NCBI GenBank assembly: GCA_947585065.1
Contig: CANPWX010000003.1
Coordinates: 1-35,287, forward strand
Direction: 5' to 3'
Origin: an uncultured Bacilli bacterium
GTDB taxonomy: Bacteria > Bacillota_I > Bacilli_A > RF39 > UBA660
DNA: 35,287 bases
Shown: positions 1 through 9,253 of the stretch, one piece after another
How positions within the stretch are numbered: position 1 is the first letter of the stretch
How the letters are laid out: each line of letters begins with the position of its first letter
Notes under the pieces: generated by a model
What the model was told of the DNA's origin: nothing
Database searches by the model: none
Seen by the model: only the letters and a program-made list of their open reading frames with translations
Position numbers and translations under genes: made by a program

Positions 1-198
1 TATGAAGAGTTTGCAAAGGAATCCGATATTGTAAAAATGCAAGCTGTTGATATCCACTTTTGGTTAATGAAAGATATTTTACAAAAAGCCGATCGAATGA
101 CAATGGCAAATTCTATTGAAGGTCGCGTTCCTTTCATTGATAAAGAAATCTACAAAGTAGCAAGTGGACTCCCTTTCTCCTATAAAGTAACCAAAGAA
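1..198 (+). pseudogene. asnB: Internal fragment from the C-terminal region of asparagine synthase (glutamine-hydrolysing); open at window edge and joined in frame to a TrmH fragment
   Basis: Frame open from base 1 (YEEFAKESDIVKMQAVDIHFWLMKDILQKADRMTMANSIEGRVPFIDKEIYKVASGLP) matches the AsnB motif W-L-x-D-I-L-x-K-A-D-x-M-x-M-A-x-S-x-E-x-R-V-P-F-x-D. Similarity stops at YKVTKE. Confidence 0.85.
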
Positions 199-720
199 AT
201 CATGAAAAAATTAACCGAGCAACAAACCACACCAAATAAAATAGGAGTATGTAAAAAACTAACAGAAAAAGAAATACAAGGAGATATTTTAGTATTAGAT
301 GGCATTCAAGATCCGGGAAATTTAGGAACAATTTTAAGAAGTGCAATGGCCTTTAATATGAAAAATGTGGTATTAAGTCCAACTTGTGTCGATCTTTATA
401 ATCCAAAAGTAATACGAAGTACAGAAGGTATTTTTATTCCTTTAAATATCATACGTACAGATTTAGTCCCATTTATTACAAAGTTAAAAAAGGAAAAAAA
501 TTACTTTGTCATCGGTGCAGACATGAGAGGAAAAGAGATTAGAAAAATGAAAAATTCACCCATGATTCTAGTAATAGGAAGTGAAGGGAAGGGAATTAGC
601 CCAGAAGTACGCACGACAATTGATGAATATGAACGAATTCCCATGAACAATGCGTGCGAATCTTTAAATGCTGCAGTAAGTGCCTCTATTCTTTTATATG
701 AAAGAAGTAAAAGACTATGA
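187..720 (+). CDS. TrmH/SpoU family RNA 2'-O-methyltransferase lacking its normal N-terminus
   Basis: SPOUT motifs LDGIQDPGNLGTILRS, LVIGSEGKGIS and IPM..ACESLNAAVSASILLYE. The usual N-terminal ~60 aa are replaced by AsnB sequence. Confidence 0.85.
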   Translation, partial: VTKEIMKKLTEQQTTPNKIGVCKKLTEKEIQGDILVLDGIQDPGNLGTILRSAMAFNMKNVVLSPTCVDLYNPKVIRSTEGIFIPLNIIRTDLVPFITKLKKEKNYFVIGADMRGKEIRKMKNSPMILVIGSEGKGISPEVRTTIDEYERIPMNNACESLNAAVSASILLYERSKRL

Positions 721-1193
721 TTTATTTTGGATATACAACTATGTCACATGGACTCAAAGGAGAACTAAAACTATATACAAATTTTTCCTTAAAAGAAAAA
801 GTTTTAAAAACAGGCTTTCCTGTATATATAGAAAATCAAAAGCATATCATTACGACTGTCCGTCATCATAAAGATTATGAATTAGTGACCTTTGATAAAA
901 TAACAGACATTAATGCTGTAGAACATCTTCGCCATAAAGAAATTTATGTTTTAAAAGAAGATTTAAAAGAAGATTTAATTTTAGAAGAACTCATTGGATA
1001 TGAAGTGAGAGAAAAAGAAGAAAGTCTTGGAAAAATAAAAAATATTTTGTATAATAAAAGTGGTATGTTACTAGAAGTAGAAAAAAACAAAAAATTTTTC
1101 ATACCATATCAAGAAAATTTTATAAAATCAATTAATGAAACAAATCATATAGTTTATGTAAATAATGTAAAAGGAGTTTTAGATTCCTTGTAG
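717..1193 (+). CDS. rimM: Ribosome maturation factor RimM
   Basis: G....SHGLKGELK, LIGYEV....LGKI, FFIPY..FIKSI motifs; immediately upstream of trmD. Confidence 0.92.
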   Translation: MIYFGYTTMSHGLKGELKLYTNFSLKEKVLKTGFPVYIENQKHIITTVRHHKDYELVTFDKITDINAVEHLRHKEIYVLKEDLKEDLILEELIGYEVREKEESLGKIKNILYNKSGMLLEVEKNKKFFIPYQENFIKSINETNHIVYVNNVKGVLDSL

Positions 1194-1207
1194 TTTGGGG
1201 GTATCTT

Positions 1208-1867
1208 ATGCAAATTGATATTTTAACACTTTTTCCACATATGTTTGATGGATTTTTAGAAGAATCAATTATAAAACGTGCCATAGAAAAAGGATTAGTC
1301 AAAATAAATATTATCGATTTTCGCGAATTTTCGACATTAAATAATCATCAAGTAGACGATACACCATATGGTGGAGGTGCTGGTATGGTATTACGATGTG
1401 AACCATTAGTCGCGGCTATAGAATCGGTAAGAAAAGAAGATACTTTAGTATGTCTTATGTGTCCTCAAGGAAAAAAATATACCGAAAAAAAAGCAATGGA
1501 TCTTGCTACTAAAAAACATATTGTCCTTGTCTGTGGGCATTACGAAGGATTTGATGAACGCATACGTTCCTTTGTAGATGAAGAAATATCAATAGGAGAC
1601 TATATATTAACAGGTGGGGAGATACCAGCAATGGCAATCAGTGATTCGGTAATTCGTTTACTTCCAGGAGTCATTCGTGAAGAATCGCGATCATTTGACT
1701 CATTTATGAATGGGCTATTAGATTATCCAACCTATACAAAGCCAAGAGAGTTTCGAGGATTAGAAGTCCCAGAAATTCTACTCAGTGGCGACCATAAAAA
1801 AATCGAAGAATGGCGAGAAAAAGAAGCTGAGAAAAAAACGAAAGAAAAAAGAAAAGATTTGCTATAG
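1208..1867 (+). CDS. trmD: tRNA (guanine37-N1)-methyltransferase TrmD
   Basis: IDILTLFP, VDDTPYGGGAGMV, CGHYEGFDER, SIGDYILTGGE, YTKP motifs. Confidence 0.98.
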   Translation: MQIDILTLFPHMFDGFLEESIIKRAIEKGLVKINIIDFREFSTLNNHQVDDTPYGGGAGMVLRCEPLVAAIESVRKEDTLVCLMCPQGKKYTEKKAMDLATKKHIVLVCGHYEGFDERIRSFVDEEISIGDYILTGGEIPAMAISDSVIRLLPGVIREESRSFDSFMNGLLDYPTYTKPREFRGLEVPEILLSGDHKKIEEWREKEAEKKTKEKRKDLL

Positions 1868-1880
1868 GAAGGTGTATCTC

Positions 1881-2339
1881 ATGGAAAAATACCAAATAGA
1901 TAAAAACAAAAAAGCCAAAAAAATTACCAAAAAAGATTGGATGGTAGAAGGAATTCATCTAAATCCTAAAATCAAAGAAAGAGAGCGTTTAATTAAAGTA
2001 GAAGAAATAACTGTAGTAAATAAAAACTTAAAAGAAAAAGTTTTAAAAATGCAGTTTTCAGTCGCGTTTAAACGATTATTAAAGCAGGTAATGAATGTAT
2101 CAGAAAGTGAAAATCCAAGTGATGGAGATATCAAACTGGCTTTATCAGAAGTAGAAAGAATGAAACAAATTTTAAAAGAAAAATATAAAAAAGAATTAAG
2201 CCATCAAGAGTATCATACCATGTGGCGAAAAGCAGAAATACTAGAAGAAGATTTAAAAAGAAAAATAATATATCAAGAACAAAGAAAAGAATTTTTAAAT
2301 CAAATATACAGGGAGGAAGAAAGGGGAAGAAGTAGGTGA
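1881..2339 (+). CDS. Hypothetical charged helical/coiled-coil protein (152 aa)
   Basis: ATG at 1881 preceded by GGAAGGTG RBS; stop overlaps next start (GTGA). The ORF-track start at 1785 lies inside trmD. Confidence 0.75.
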   Translation: MEKYQIDKNKKAKKITKKDWMVEGIHLNPKIKERERLIKVEEITVVNKNLKEKVLKMQFSVAFKRLLKQVMNVSESENPSDGDIKLALSEVERMKQILKEKYKKELSHQEYHTMWRKAEILEEDLKRKIIYQEQRKEFLNQIYREEERGRSR

Positions 2340-2902
2340 AAGTATTTGATTTTGACAATACGATTTACAAAGGAGAAAGTACATTTGACTTTGCCATTTA
2401 TGTAATGAAAAGAAAAAAATCCTTACTACGTTACATACCAAGAATAGTTTGGATTTTACTTTTATATAAAATATGTAAAATGAATATTGAAGAATTTACA
2501 GAAAGATTAGAAAAAAATTCCAAATTATTTTTAGAAAATGAAGAATTAATAACATCTCTAGTCCCAGAGTTCTGGCTAGATAATATTGAAAAATTATATC
2601 CTAATATGTTAAAGAAAATTCAAAAAGAGGATATTATTATTACAACCAGTCCAAAATTTTTAATAGATGGAGTAAGAGATCTTTTAAATACAGAAAAAAT
2701 ATTAACAACAGAATTAGACTTAAAATCAGGAAAAATTAAATATTTAAACTTTCAAGAAAATAAAGTAAAAAGTTTTGAAAAAAAATATAAAGGTGAGAAA
2801 ATAGAAGCATTATATACAGACTCTTATAATGATACACCTTTGATGGAGATTGCAAAATCGGTTTATATTGTCAAAAATGGAATACCAAGAAAAATAAAAT
2901 AG
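2336..2902 (+). CDS. HAD-IB family hydrolase/phosphatase
   Basis: Motif I VFDFDNTIY, motif II IITTSP, motif III K (ENKV), motif IV YTDSYND. Confidence 0.85.
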   Translation: MKVFDFDNTIYKGESTFDFAIYVMKRKKSLLRYIPRIVWILLLYKICKMNIEEFTERLEKNSKLFLENEELITSLVPEFWLDNIEKLYPNMLKKIQKEDIIITTSPKFLIDGVRDLLNTEKILTTELDLKSGKIKYLNFQENKVKSFEKKYKGEKIEALYTDSYNDTPLMEIAKSVYIVKNGIPRKIK

Positions 2903-2920
2903 ATAAGGTGACGTGATCGT

Positions 2921-5086
2921 ATGTATGTAGAAGTATTAGTAGAAATACAAAATAAACAAGTGGATAAAACTTTTACATATAAAGTAAAGGAAGAACAACA
3001 AGAAAATGTGAAAATTGGTTGTCGAGTTCTCGTACCTTTTGGAAAAATGATTATAGAAGGATATGTTTTAAATATTTTAAAAGAAACAGAAAGAGATGCC
3101 AAAGAAATCATTGAAGTTTTAGATGAAGAACCAGTATTAAATGAAGAAATGCTCACGTTAGGAAAAGAACTAAAAGAATTAACTTTATGTAGTTTAAGTG
3201 CTTGTTACTCAGCTATGCTTCCAAAAGCTTTGAAAGCAAGTCATAAATCCAAAGTAAATAAAAAATTAGAAAGTTATTTAAAACTATGTGTCTCATTTGA
3301 AACGGCCTACCAATGTTGTAAAAGTGCCAGTCAAAAAGATGTCATTCATTTATTTGAACAAGAAAATGTTCTGTTAAAAAAGAAAGCAAATTTAGTCAGT
3401 GCATCGGCGACAAAAACATTAATAAAAAATAAAATAATTGAAGAAATCACCAGTGAAGTATATCGTTATCAAATAAAAAATACGAATCAAGAAGAAAAAT
3501 GTTCTTTAAATGAAGAGCAAACAAAAGCTGTGAATGAAATAGAAAAGGGACTAAACACATCCAATATTTATTTGCTTCATGGTGTGACAGGTTCAGGTAA
3601 AACCGAGGTTTATTTAGAACTGATTGAACAAGTAATAAAACAAGAAAAACAAGCTTTAGTATTAGTACCAGAAATCAGCATTACCACTCAATTAATAAAA
3701 CGTTTTAGTAAAAGATTTACACGTCTTGCTTGCCTCCATTCAGGGTTAAGTGATGGGGAAAGATTTGATGAATGGCGTAAAATCCTGCGTAACGAAGTAG
3801 ATATTGTCATAGGAGCCAGAAGTGCCGTTTTTGCTCCTTTAAAAAACATAGGAATCATAATTTTTGATGAAGAACATTCTGAATCATTTAAACAAGAAAA
3901 CAATCCAAAATATCATGCCCTAGATGTAGCAAAAATAAGAAGCAAAACTCATCAATGCCCAATTGTTTTAGGAAGTGCAACACCATCATTAGAGACAATG
4001 GCTCGGGCCATGAAAAAAAGATATACCTACATTCCTCTAACAAAAAGAGTAGCAGGAGGAAGTCTTCCCCTCGTTTCATTAGTTGATATGGAACCAGAAA
4101 TCAAAATGCATCACCCCATATTAAGTAGAGAATTAGAGTGCTCAATTATTGAAGCATTAAATAACAACGAACAAGTCTTACTCTTATTAAATAGAAGAGG
4201 ATACTCGACAACCATATCCTGTTCCAACTGTGGATATACTTACCGTTGTCCCTACTGTGATATTACCTTAACATATCACAAAAGTTCCAATCAATTAAGA
4301 TGCCATTACTGTGGATACACCATATACAAAAGTGATATTTGTCCAGAATGTAAAGAAGAGGGATTAAATTATTATGGGCTAGGCACCGAAAAATTAGAAG
4401 ATTATTTAGAAGAAGTTTTTCCAACTGCCAAAATTGTTCGAATGGATCGAGATAGTACTACAAAAAAAGGAGCATACGATCAAATTATAGAAGATTTTCA
4501 AAATCATAAATATGATATTTTATTAGGAACGCAGATGATTAGCAAAGGATTAGATTTTGATCATGTAAGTTTAGTAGGTATATTAAACGCAGATCAATCA
4601 TTAAATATACCAGATTATAGAAGTAATGAAAGAACATTCTCATTACTCTATCAAGCCTGTGGCCGAGCAGGTCGAAGAAAAAAAAGAGGTCAAGTAATTT
4701 TACAAACTTTTAATCCAGAACATTATATATTAAAATGCGTACAAAATGAAAATTATTTTGATTTCTATAAATATGAAATGAACATTCGAAAAACATTGAA
4801 ATATCCACCATTTTTCTATTTAGTAACCATTTTAATTAAAAGTAAAGACTACCATGAAGCCTCACAAGAAGCAAGTAAAATCGCCAAATATTTAAAATCA
4901 CAAATTGATTCCAGTACCATTCTGTTGGGGCCAACCACAGCAAATCAATTTATGATCAATAAAGTCTATCATTTTGAAATAAATATAAAATATCGATTTG
5001 ATGATAAATTAAAAGAAGCATTGAAAGAACTAGATTCGATGTATTTAATGAATAAGAAAGTAGCAATAGATATTGATTTTCAATAA
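2921..5086 (+). CDS. priA: Primosomal protein N' (PriA helicase)
   Basis: GVTGSGKTEVY, DEEH, GSATPS, Cys-rich Zn region, GTQMISKGLDF, GRAGR. Confidence 0.98.
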   Translation: MYVEVLVEIQNKQVDKTFTYKVKEEQQENVKIGCRVLVPFGKMIIEGYVLNILKETERDAKEIIEVLDEEPVLNEEMLTLGKELKELTLCSLSACYSAMLPKALKASHKSKVNKKLESYLKLCVSFETAYQCCKSASQKDVIHLFEQENVLLKKKANLVSASATKTLIKNKIIEEITSEVYRYQIKNTNQEEKCSLNEEQTKAVNEIEKGLNTSNIYLLHGVTGSGKTEVYLELIEQVIKQEKQALVLVPEISITTQLIKRFSKRFTRLACLHSGLSDGERFDEWRKILRNEVDIVIGARSAVFAPLKNIGIIIFDEEHSESFKQENNPKYHALDVAKIRSKTHQCPIVLGSATPSLETMARAMKKRYTYIPLTKRVAGGSLPLVSLVDMEPEIKMHHPILSRELECSIIEALNNNEQVLLLLNRRGYSTTISCSNCGYTYRCPYCDITLTYHKSSNQLRCHYCGYTIYKSDICPECKEEGLNYYGLGTEKLEDYLEEVFPTAKIVRMDRDSTTKKGAYDQIIEDFQNHKYDILLGTQMISKGLDFDHVSLVGILNADQSLNIPDYRSNERTFSLLYQACGRAGRRKKRGQVILQTFNPEHYILKCVQNENYFDFYKYEMNIRKTLKYPPFFYLVTILIKSKDYHEASQEASKIAKYLKSQIDSSTILLGPTTANQFMINKVYHFEINIKYRFDDKLKEALKELDSMYLMNKKVAIDIDFQ

Positions 5087-5102
5087 AAGAAAGGAAAAGA
5101 AA

Positions 5103-6035
5103 ATGAAAACAAAAATTGTATTTATGGGAACGCCAGAGTTTGCAGTTCCTGTATTAGAAGGATTAATAGAAAATTATGATGTTGTCCTTGTGGTATCGCA
5201 GCCAGATAAATTAGTAGGAAGAAAACAAGTACTGACACCGACACCAATCAAACAACTTGCATTAAAATATAATATTCCTGTTCATCAACCAGAAAAACTA
5301 AAACTAGATTATGCTCCTATTGAAGAAGCAAAGCCAGATTTGATTATTACCTGTGCTTATGGTCAGATAATTCCAGAAAATATATTAAACATCCCACGAA
5401 TTGGCTCATTTAATGTGCATGCTTCTCTTTTACCAAAATTAAGAGGAGGTGCGCCGATTCATAAAGCACTCATCAATGGCGAAGAAAAAACAGGAGTTAC
5501 GATTATGTATATGGATAAAGGGATGGACACCGGAGACATCATTGAAAAAAAAGAATACAAAATAAAAAATAATGACAATGTAGGAACTTTACATGAGATA
5601 CTATCCATTATGGGACGAGATTTATTATTAGAAGTATTACCAAGTATTATCCAAAAAACAAATAAAAGAGAAAAGCAAAACGAACAAGAAGCAACTTATG
5701 CCTATAATATAAAAAGAGAAGAAGAAAGAATCGATTTTTATAACAATGGGAAAAAAATTATCAATCAAATTCGAGGCTTAAATCCATGGCCAACCGCGAA
5801 TATAGTAGTGAATGGGGAAGAATTTAAAATATTAGAAGCAGGATTTAAACAAATTCCATCTAAAACGCCAAATCAAGTCGTAGAAGTGACACCTGTTAGC
5901 ATTGGAATAGGATGTTTAGATGGAATAATTGAAATTACAAAATTAAAACCATTTGGCAAAAGACTCATGAGTACGAAAGAATATCTAAATGGTATGAAAA
6001 AAGAAACCATTTTAAATTGGAAGATCAATGAATGA
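5103..6035 (+). CDS. fmt: Methionyl-tRNA formyltransferase
   Basis: IVFMGTPEFA, NVHASLLPKLRGGAPI, MDTGDII; ATG 5103 with upstream AAAGGA RBS. Confidence 0.97.
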   Translation: MKTKIVFMGTPEFAVPVLEGLIENYDVVLVVSQPDKLVGRKQVLTPTPIKQLALKYNIPVHQPEKLKLDYAPIEEAKPDLIITCAYGQIIPENILNIPRIGSFNVHASLLPKLRGGAPIHKALINGEEKTGVTIMYMDKGMDTGDIIEKKEYKIKNNDNVGTLHEILSIMGRDLLLEVLPSIIQKTNKREKQNEQEATYAYNIKREEERIDFYNNGKKIINQIRGLNPWPTANIVVNGEEFKILEAGFKQIPSKTPNQVVEVTPVSIGIGCLDGIIEITKLKPFGKRLMSTKEYLNGMKKETILNWKINE

Positions 6036-6094
6036 TCTTTTTTCTTTTCTTGCAACTTCATTCATTTTATGAAATAATAAAAGCGGTGATTTTC

Positions 6095-7108
6095 ATGAAT
6101 ATTTATAATTTAACCAGAGAAGAATTAGAAAATTATTTTGAAACAAAAAATGAGAAAAAATTTAAAGCAACACAAGTTTATGAGTGGCTTTATCAAAAGA
6201 AAATCAAACAGTGGGATCAAATGAGTAACATCAAGAAAGAAGTAAGAGAAAAGTTACAACAAGACTTTGTAATAGAACTACCAAAAATCATCAAAAAAGA
6301 AAGTGATACAGATGTAAATAAATATTTATTTGAATTAAAAGATGAAGAAAGAGTAGAGGCCGTATTAATGCATCATGATTATGGCCTTAGTCTATGTGTA
6401 TCTTCTGAAGTTGGGTGTAATATGGGTTGTAAATTTTGTGAATCAGGAAGACTAAAAAAAGTAAGAAATTTAACCACTGGTGAAATGGTGGGACAAATTC
6501 TAGCTATTGAAGAAGATATTCATGCATCTTTGTATTCAGTTGTCATTATGGGAATTGGAGAGCCTTTTGATAATTATGAAAATGTAATCCGTTTTATAAA
6601 GATCATCAACGATGCGAAGGGTTTACAAATTGGTGCAAGACATATTACCGTTTCCACATGTGGATTAGTTCCTAAAATAAAAGAAATTGCTGACTTTCCA
6701 ATTCAAATTAATTTAGCCATTTCTCTTCATGCACCAAATGATGAGTTGCGTAGTAAATTGATGCCAATTAATCGAGCTTATCCAATTAAAGAAGTACTAA
6801 ATGCTGTGGAGGAATATATAAAAAAAACACATCGAAGAGTTACGATCGAATATATTTTACTAAAAGATGTCAATGATTCAGTCGAATGTGCAATCCAACT
6901 AGCGGATTTATTAAAAGGAATGAATGCTTATGTGAACTTAATTCCCTATAACGAAACAGAAGCAATGGAATTTAAAAAAAGCAAGAAAAGTCAAATTGAT
7001 TTGTTCTATAACACATTACAAAGTAAAAAAATTGGTGTGACAGTAAGAAGAGAATTTGGAAGTAAAATTTCCGCGGCCTGTGGACAACTTCGCAGTAAAA
7101 AAGTTTAA
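6095..7108 (+). CDS. rlmN: 23S rRNA m2A2503 / tRNA A37 radical-SAM methyltransferase RlmN
   Basis: CNMGCKFC (CxxxCxxC), MGIGEP, LAISLHA, AACGQL; ATG 6095 after GCGGTGA RBS. Confidence 0.96.
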   Translation: MNIYNLTREELENYFETKNEKKFKATQVYEWLYQKKIKQWDQMSNIKKEVREKLQQDFVIELPKIIKKESDTDVNKYLFELKDEERVEAVLMHHDYGLSLCVSSEVGCNMGCKFCESGRLKKVRNLTTGEMVGQILAIEEDIHASLYSVVIMGIGEPFDNYENVIRFIKIINDAKGLQIGARHITVSTCGLVPKIKEIADFPIQINLAISLHAPNDELRSKLMPINRAYPIKEVLNAVEEYIKKTHRRVTIEYILLKDVNDSVECAIQLADLLKGMNAYVNLIPYNETEAMEFKKSKKSQIDLFYNTLQSKKIGVTVRREFGSKISAACGQLRSKKV

Positions 7109-7132
7109 ATAAAGAAAAATACGTGCTATAAT
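7104..7132 (+). promoter_or_regulatory. Putative sigmaA promoter for the ThyX-like gene
   Basis: TTTAAA-17nt-TATAAT with extended -10 (TGcTATAAT). Confidence 0.6.
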
Positions 7133-7170
7133 TGTTTATAGAAGGATAATTTGGGGATAGAAAGGAAACT

Positions 7171-8355
7171 ATGAATGCAAAAATAACAGGGGTTACGACA
7201 ACTAACCCAGAAATTATTAAAAATTTTGATAGGAAAAATTTAGAATATCAAGGGGGTTACAATGCCAATATTTGCTATACCCAAAAAGATTGGGACGATA
7301 TTATTACAGAACCAAAAGAAAACACCGAAAATAGAATTTTAGGAAATAAAGAAAACAATCATCACAGCGTATTTGGACATGGTTATATCTCTTTATATTT
7401 AACAGAAATTCCTAAAATTCTGGCCATGATACTTAATAATGAGCATGAATACAATACGAGTGAAAAATCAGCAAGATATACTAAAATGCATCCAACGGAA
7501 AAAGAATTATTACTTTATGATAAATGGACGACGTTACTAGAAAAAGAGATAGATAAAAAATATCCAGATGAAAAATTTTTAAAAATCCGTAATCGTTATC
7601 ATAAACTTGCTATGGAAAATGCCCGTTATATGATCTCAGTAATGACTCCAACTAAAATGGCTTATACAACATCTTTTAGACAATGGAATTATATCTATGA
7701 TTTTGCAAGAACATGGGCAAAGGAAGAAACAACAAATCCTCTAAAAATAAAACTAAAACCTTATATGGAAGAATTTGCAGATACACTGATGAAAACAAAC
7801 ATGATTACAGGGGATATCAAAGACTATCGAAATCGCTCCTTTTCTTTAATTGTAGACGATAATGACTATCCAGAATATTTTGGTCGTACTTACAGTGTCA
7901 ATTATCTTGCATCATTTGCCGAAGTCGCTCAGCAGCAAAGACACCGTAGTATCTATCAAAATATGAAATATTTAGAACAAGAACTGTATATTGTGCCTCC
8001 AATTTTAAAAGAAAACAAAGAATTAGAAAAAAAATGGCTTGCAGATATCTCTTCGGTCGGAGAACTGATTCCTCAAGGAAGACTAGTCGAAGTAAATGAA
8101 TCAGGAAATTATGAATATTTCATCATGAAACTAGAAGAAAGACTTTGTTCCTGTGTGCAACTAGAAACTTGTATGCAAAATAAAGAAGTGTTAGAAAAAT
8201 ATATAAAAGCTCTAACATCTTCAAATGATCCAAGACTAAAGAAAGTGTTAGAATCCTTGCTTCCATACACAAATGGAGCAAGATGTATGGCTGGTTACCA
8301 TTGCCCAGAACCATGCGGTTTTAAAGAAGGAATAAATCTCACCAGAAAAATTTAA
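7171..8355 (+). CDS. thyX: Tandem-domain FAD-dependent thymidylate synthase (ThyX-like), 394 aa
   Basis: N-half HHSVFGH, SEKSARY, ARYMI...PT.....SFRQW; C-half QQQRHRS, ERL...VQLE, GARC...CPEPCG. About twice the length of a single ThyX domain. Confidence 0.8.
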   Translation: MNAKITGVTTTNPEIIKNFDRKNLEYQGGYNANICYTQKDWDDIITEPKENTENRILGNKENNHHSVFGHGYISLYLTEIPKILAMILNNEHEYNTSEKSARYTKMHPTEKELLLYDKWTTLLEKEIDKKYPDEKFLKIRNRYHKLAMENARYMISVMTPTKMAYTTSFRQWNYIYDFARTWAKEETTNPLKIKLKPYMEEFADTLMKTNMITGDIKDYRNRSFSLIVDDNDYPEYFGRTYSVNYLASFAEVAQQQRHRSIYQNMKYLEQELYIVPPILKENKELEKKWLADISSVGELIPQGRLVEVNESGNYEYFIMKLEERLCSCVQLETCMQNKEVLEKYIKALTSSNDPRLKKVLESLLPYTNGARCMAGYHCPEPCGFKEGINLTRKI

Positions 8356-8458
8356 AAGAAAATAAGGATAAAAAGGAAGGAATAAAACATATAATGTAAA
8401 GAGTATGTAAACATTTGTTAAATTTTTGTAATTTTAAATGTCAAAAGAAAGTTAAGAA

Positions 8459-8487
8459 TTTACTAAAATTAAAAATTTTGATATGCT
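8459..8487 (+). promoter_or_regulatory. Putative sigmaA promoter for prpC-prkC-rsgA-rpe
   Basis: TTTACT-17nt-TATGCT with TG extension, ~26 nt before the GTG start. Confidence 0.45.
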
Positions 8488-8513
8488 TATTGTAATTAGT
8501 AGAAGGTGATAAC

Positions 8514-9248
8514 GTGAAATCTTATTATTTGACAGATGCCGGGAAAGTACGAAGCCATAATGAAGATTCTGTAACCATTGTCAAAAATGGAAGCGGAGAA
8601 CTTCTTCTTTTAGTCGCGGACGGTATGGGAGGGCATCGAGCAGGAGAAGTAGCCTCTAGTCTAGCCATTACCCATTTTGGGAAACGCTTTTCCAAAGTAA
8701 GTAGCATAGGTTCAAAACTAGATGCAGTAAATTGGCTAAATGATAACGTAAATGAAATCAATGAAGAAATATTAGAATATGCCAAAAATCATTTTGATTC
8801 CACAGGATTAGGAACAACCTTAGTACTTGCTTTATTAACAAACGATTATCTTATTTTTGGAAATATAGGAGATTCTTCAGGATTTGTTTGGAAAAATAAT
8901 AAACTTCATAAAGTAACAAAAGATCATACATTAGTAAGTTTGCTCGTGGAAGCAGGTAACTTAACCGAAGAAGAAGCCAAAAATCATCCAAAGAAAAATG
9001 TTTTAATGAAAGCATTAGGAGCAGGGGAACAAGTAGATATGGATATATTTGATGTAGAACGAGATGTGGATGGTATCTTACTTTGCAGTGATGGATTAAC
9101 TGGAATGCTATCTACTGAACAAATTGAAAAAGTTTTAGAAGAAGACAAATCGATAGAAGAAAAAGTAAAATTGTTAATCCGTAAATGCAATGCAAGAGGC
9201 GGGACTGATAATATATCTGTCGCATTTTTAGATATGAAGAAGGTGTAA
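8514..9248 (+). CDS. prpC: PP2C-type Ser/Thr phosphatase (Stp1/PrpC)
   Basis: TDAGKVRSHNED, VADGMGGH, NIGDS, LCSDGL, GGTDNIS; GTG start with AAGGTGA RBS. Confidence 0.96.
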   Translation: MKSYYLTDAGKVRSHNEDSVTIVKNGSGELLLLVADGMGGHRAGEVASSLAITHFGKRFSKVSSIGSKLDAVNWLNDNVNEINEEILEYAKNHFDSTGLGTTLVLALLTNDYLIFGNIGDSSGFVWKNNKLHKVTKDHTLVSLLVEAGNLTEEEAKNHPKKNVLMKALGAGEQVDMDIFDVERDVDGILLCSDGLTGMLSTEQIEKVLEEDKSIEEKVKLLIRKCNARGGTDNISVAFLDMKKV

Positions 9249-9253
9249 TTAAA

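Noticed and set aside
1330-1336. Other perfect Spo0A-box 7-mers (in trmD, polC, tgt, radC)
   Set aside because: They lie inside coding sequence without promoter geometry and are expected by chance.
1785-1880. Upstream extensions in the ORF track (also 5073, 6032, 22775, 24768, 25258, 26800, 29523, 30254, 32758, 34274)
   Set aside because: Most overlap neighbouring genes or use atypical starts; downstream ATGs fit RBS position and family N-termini better.
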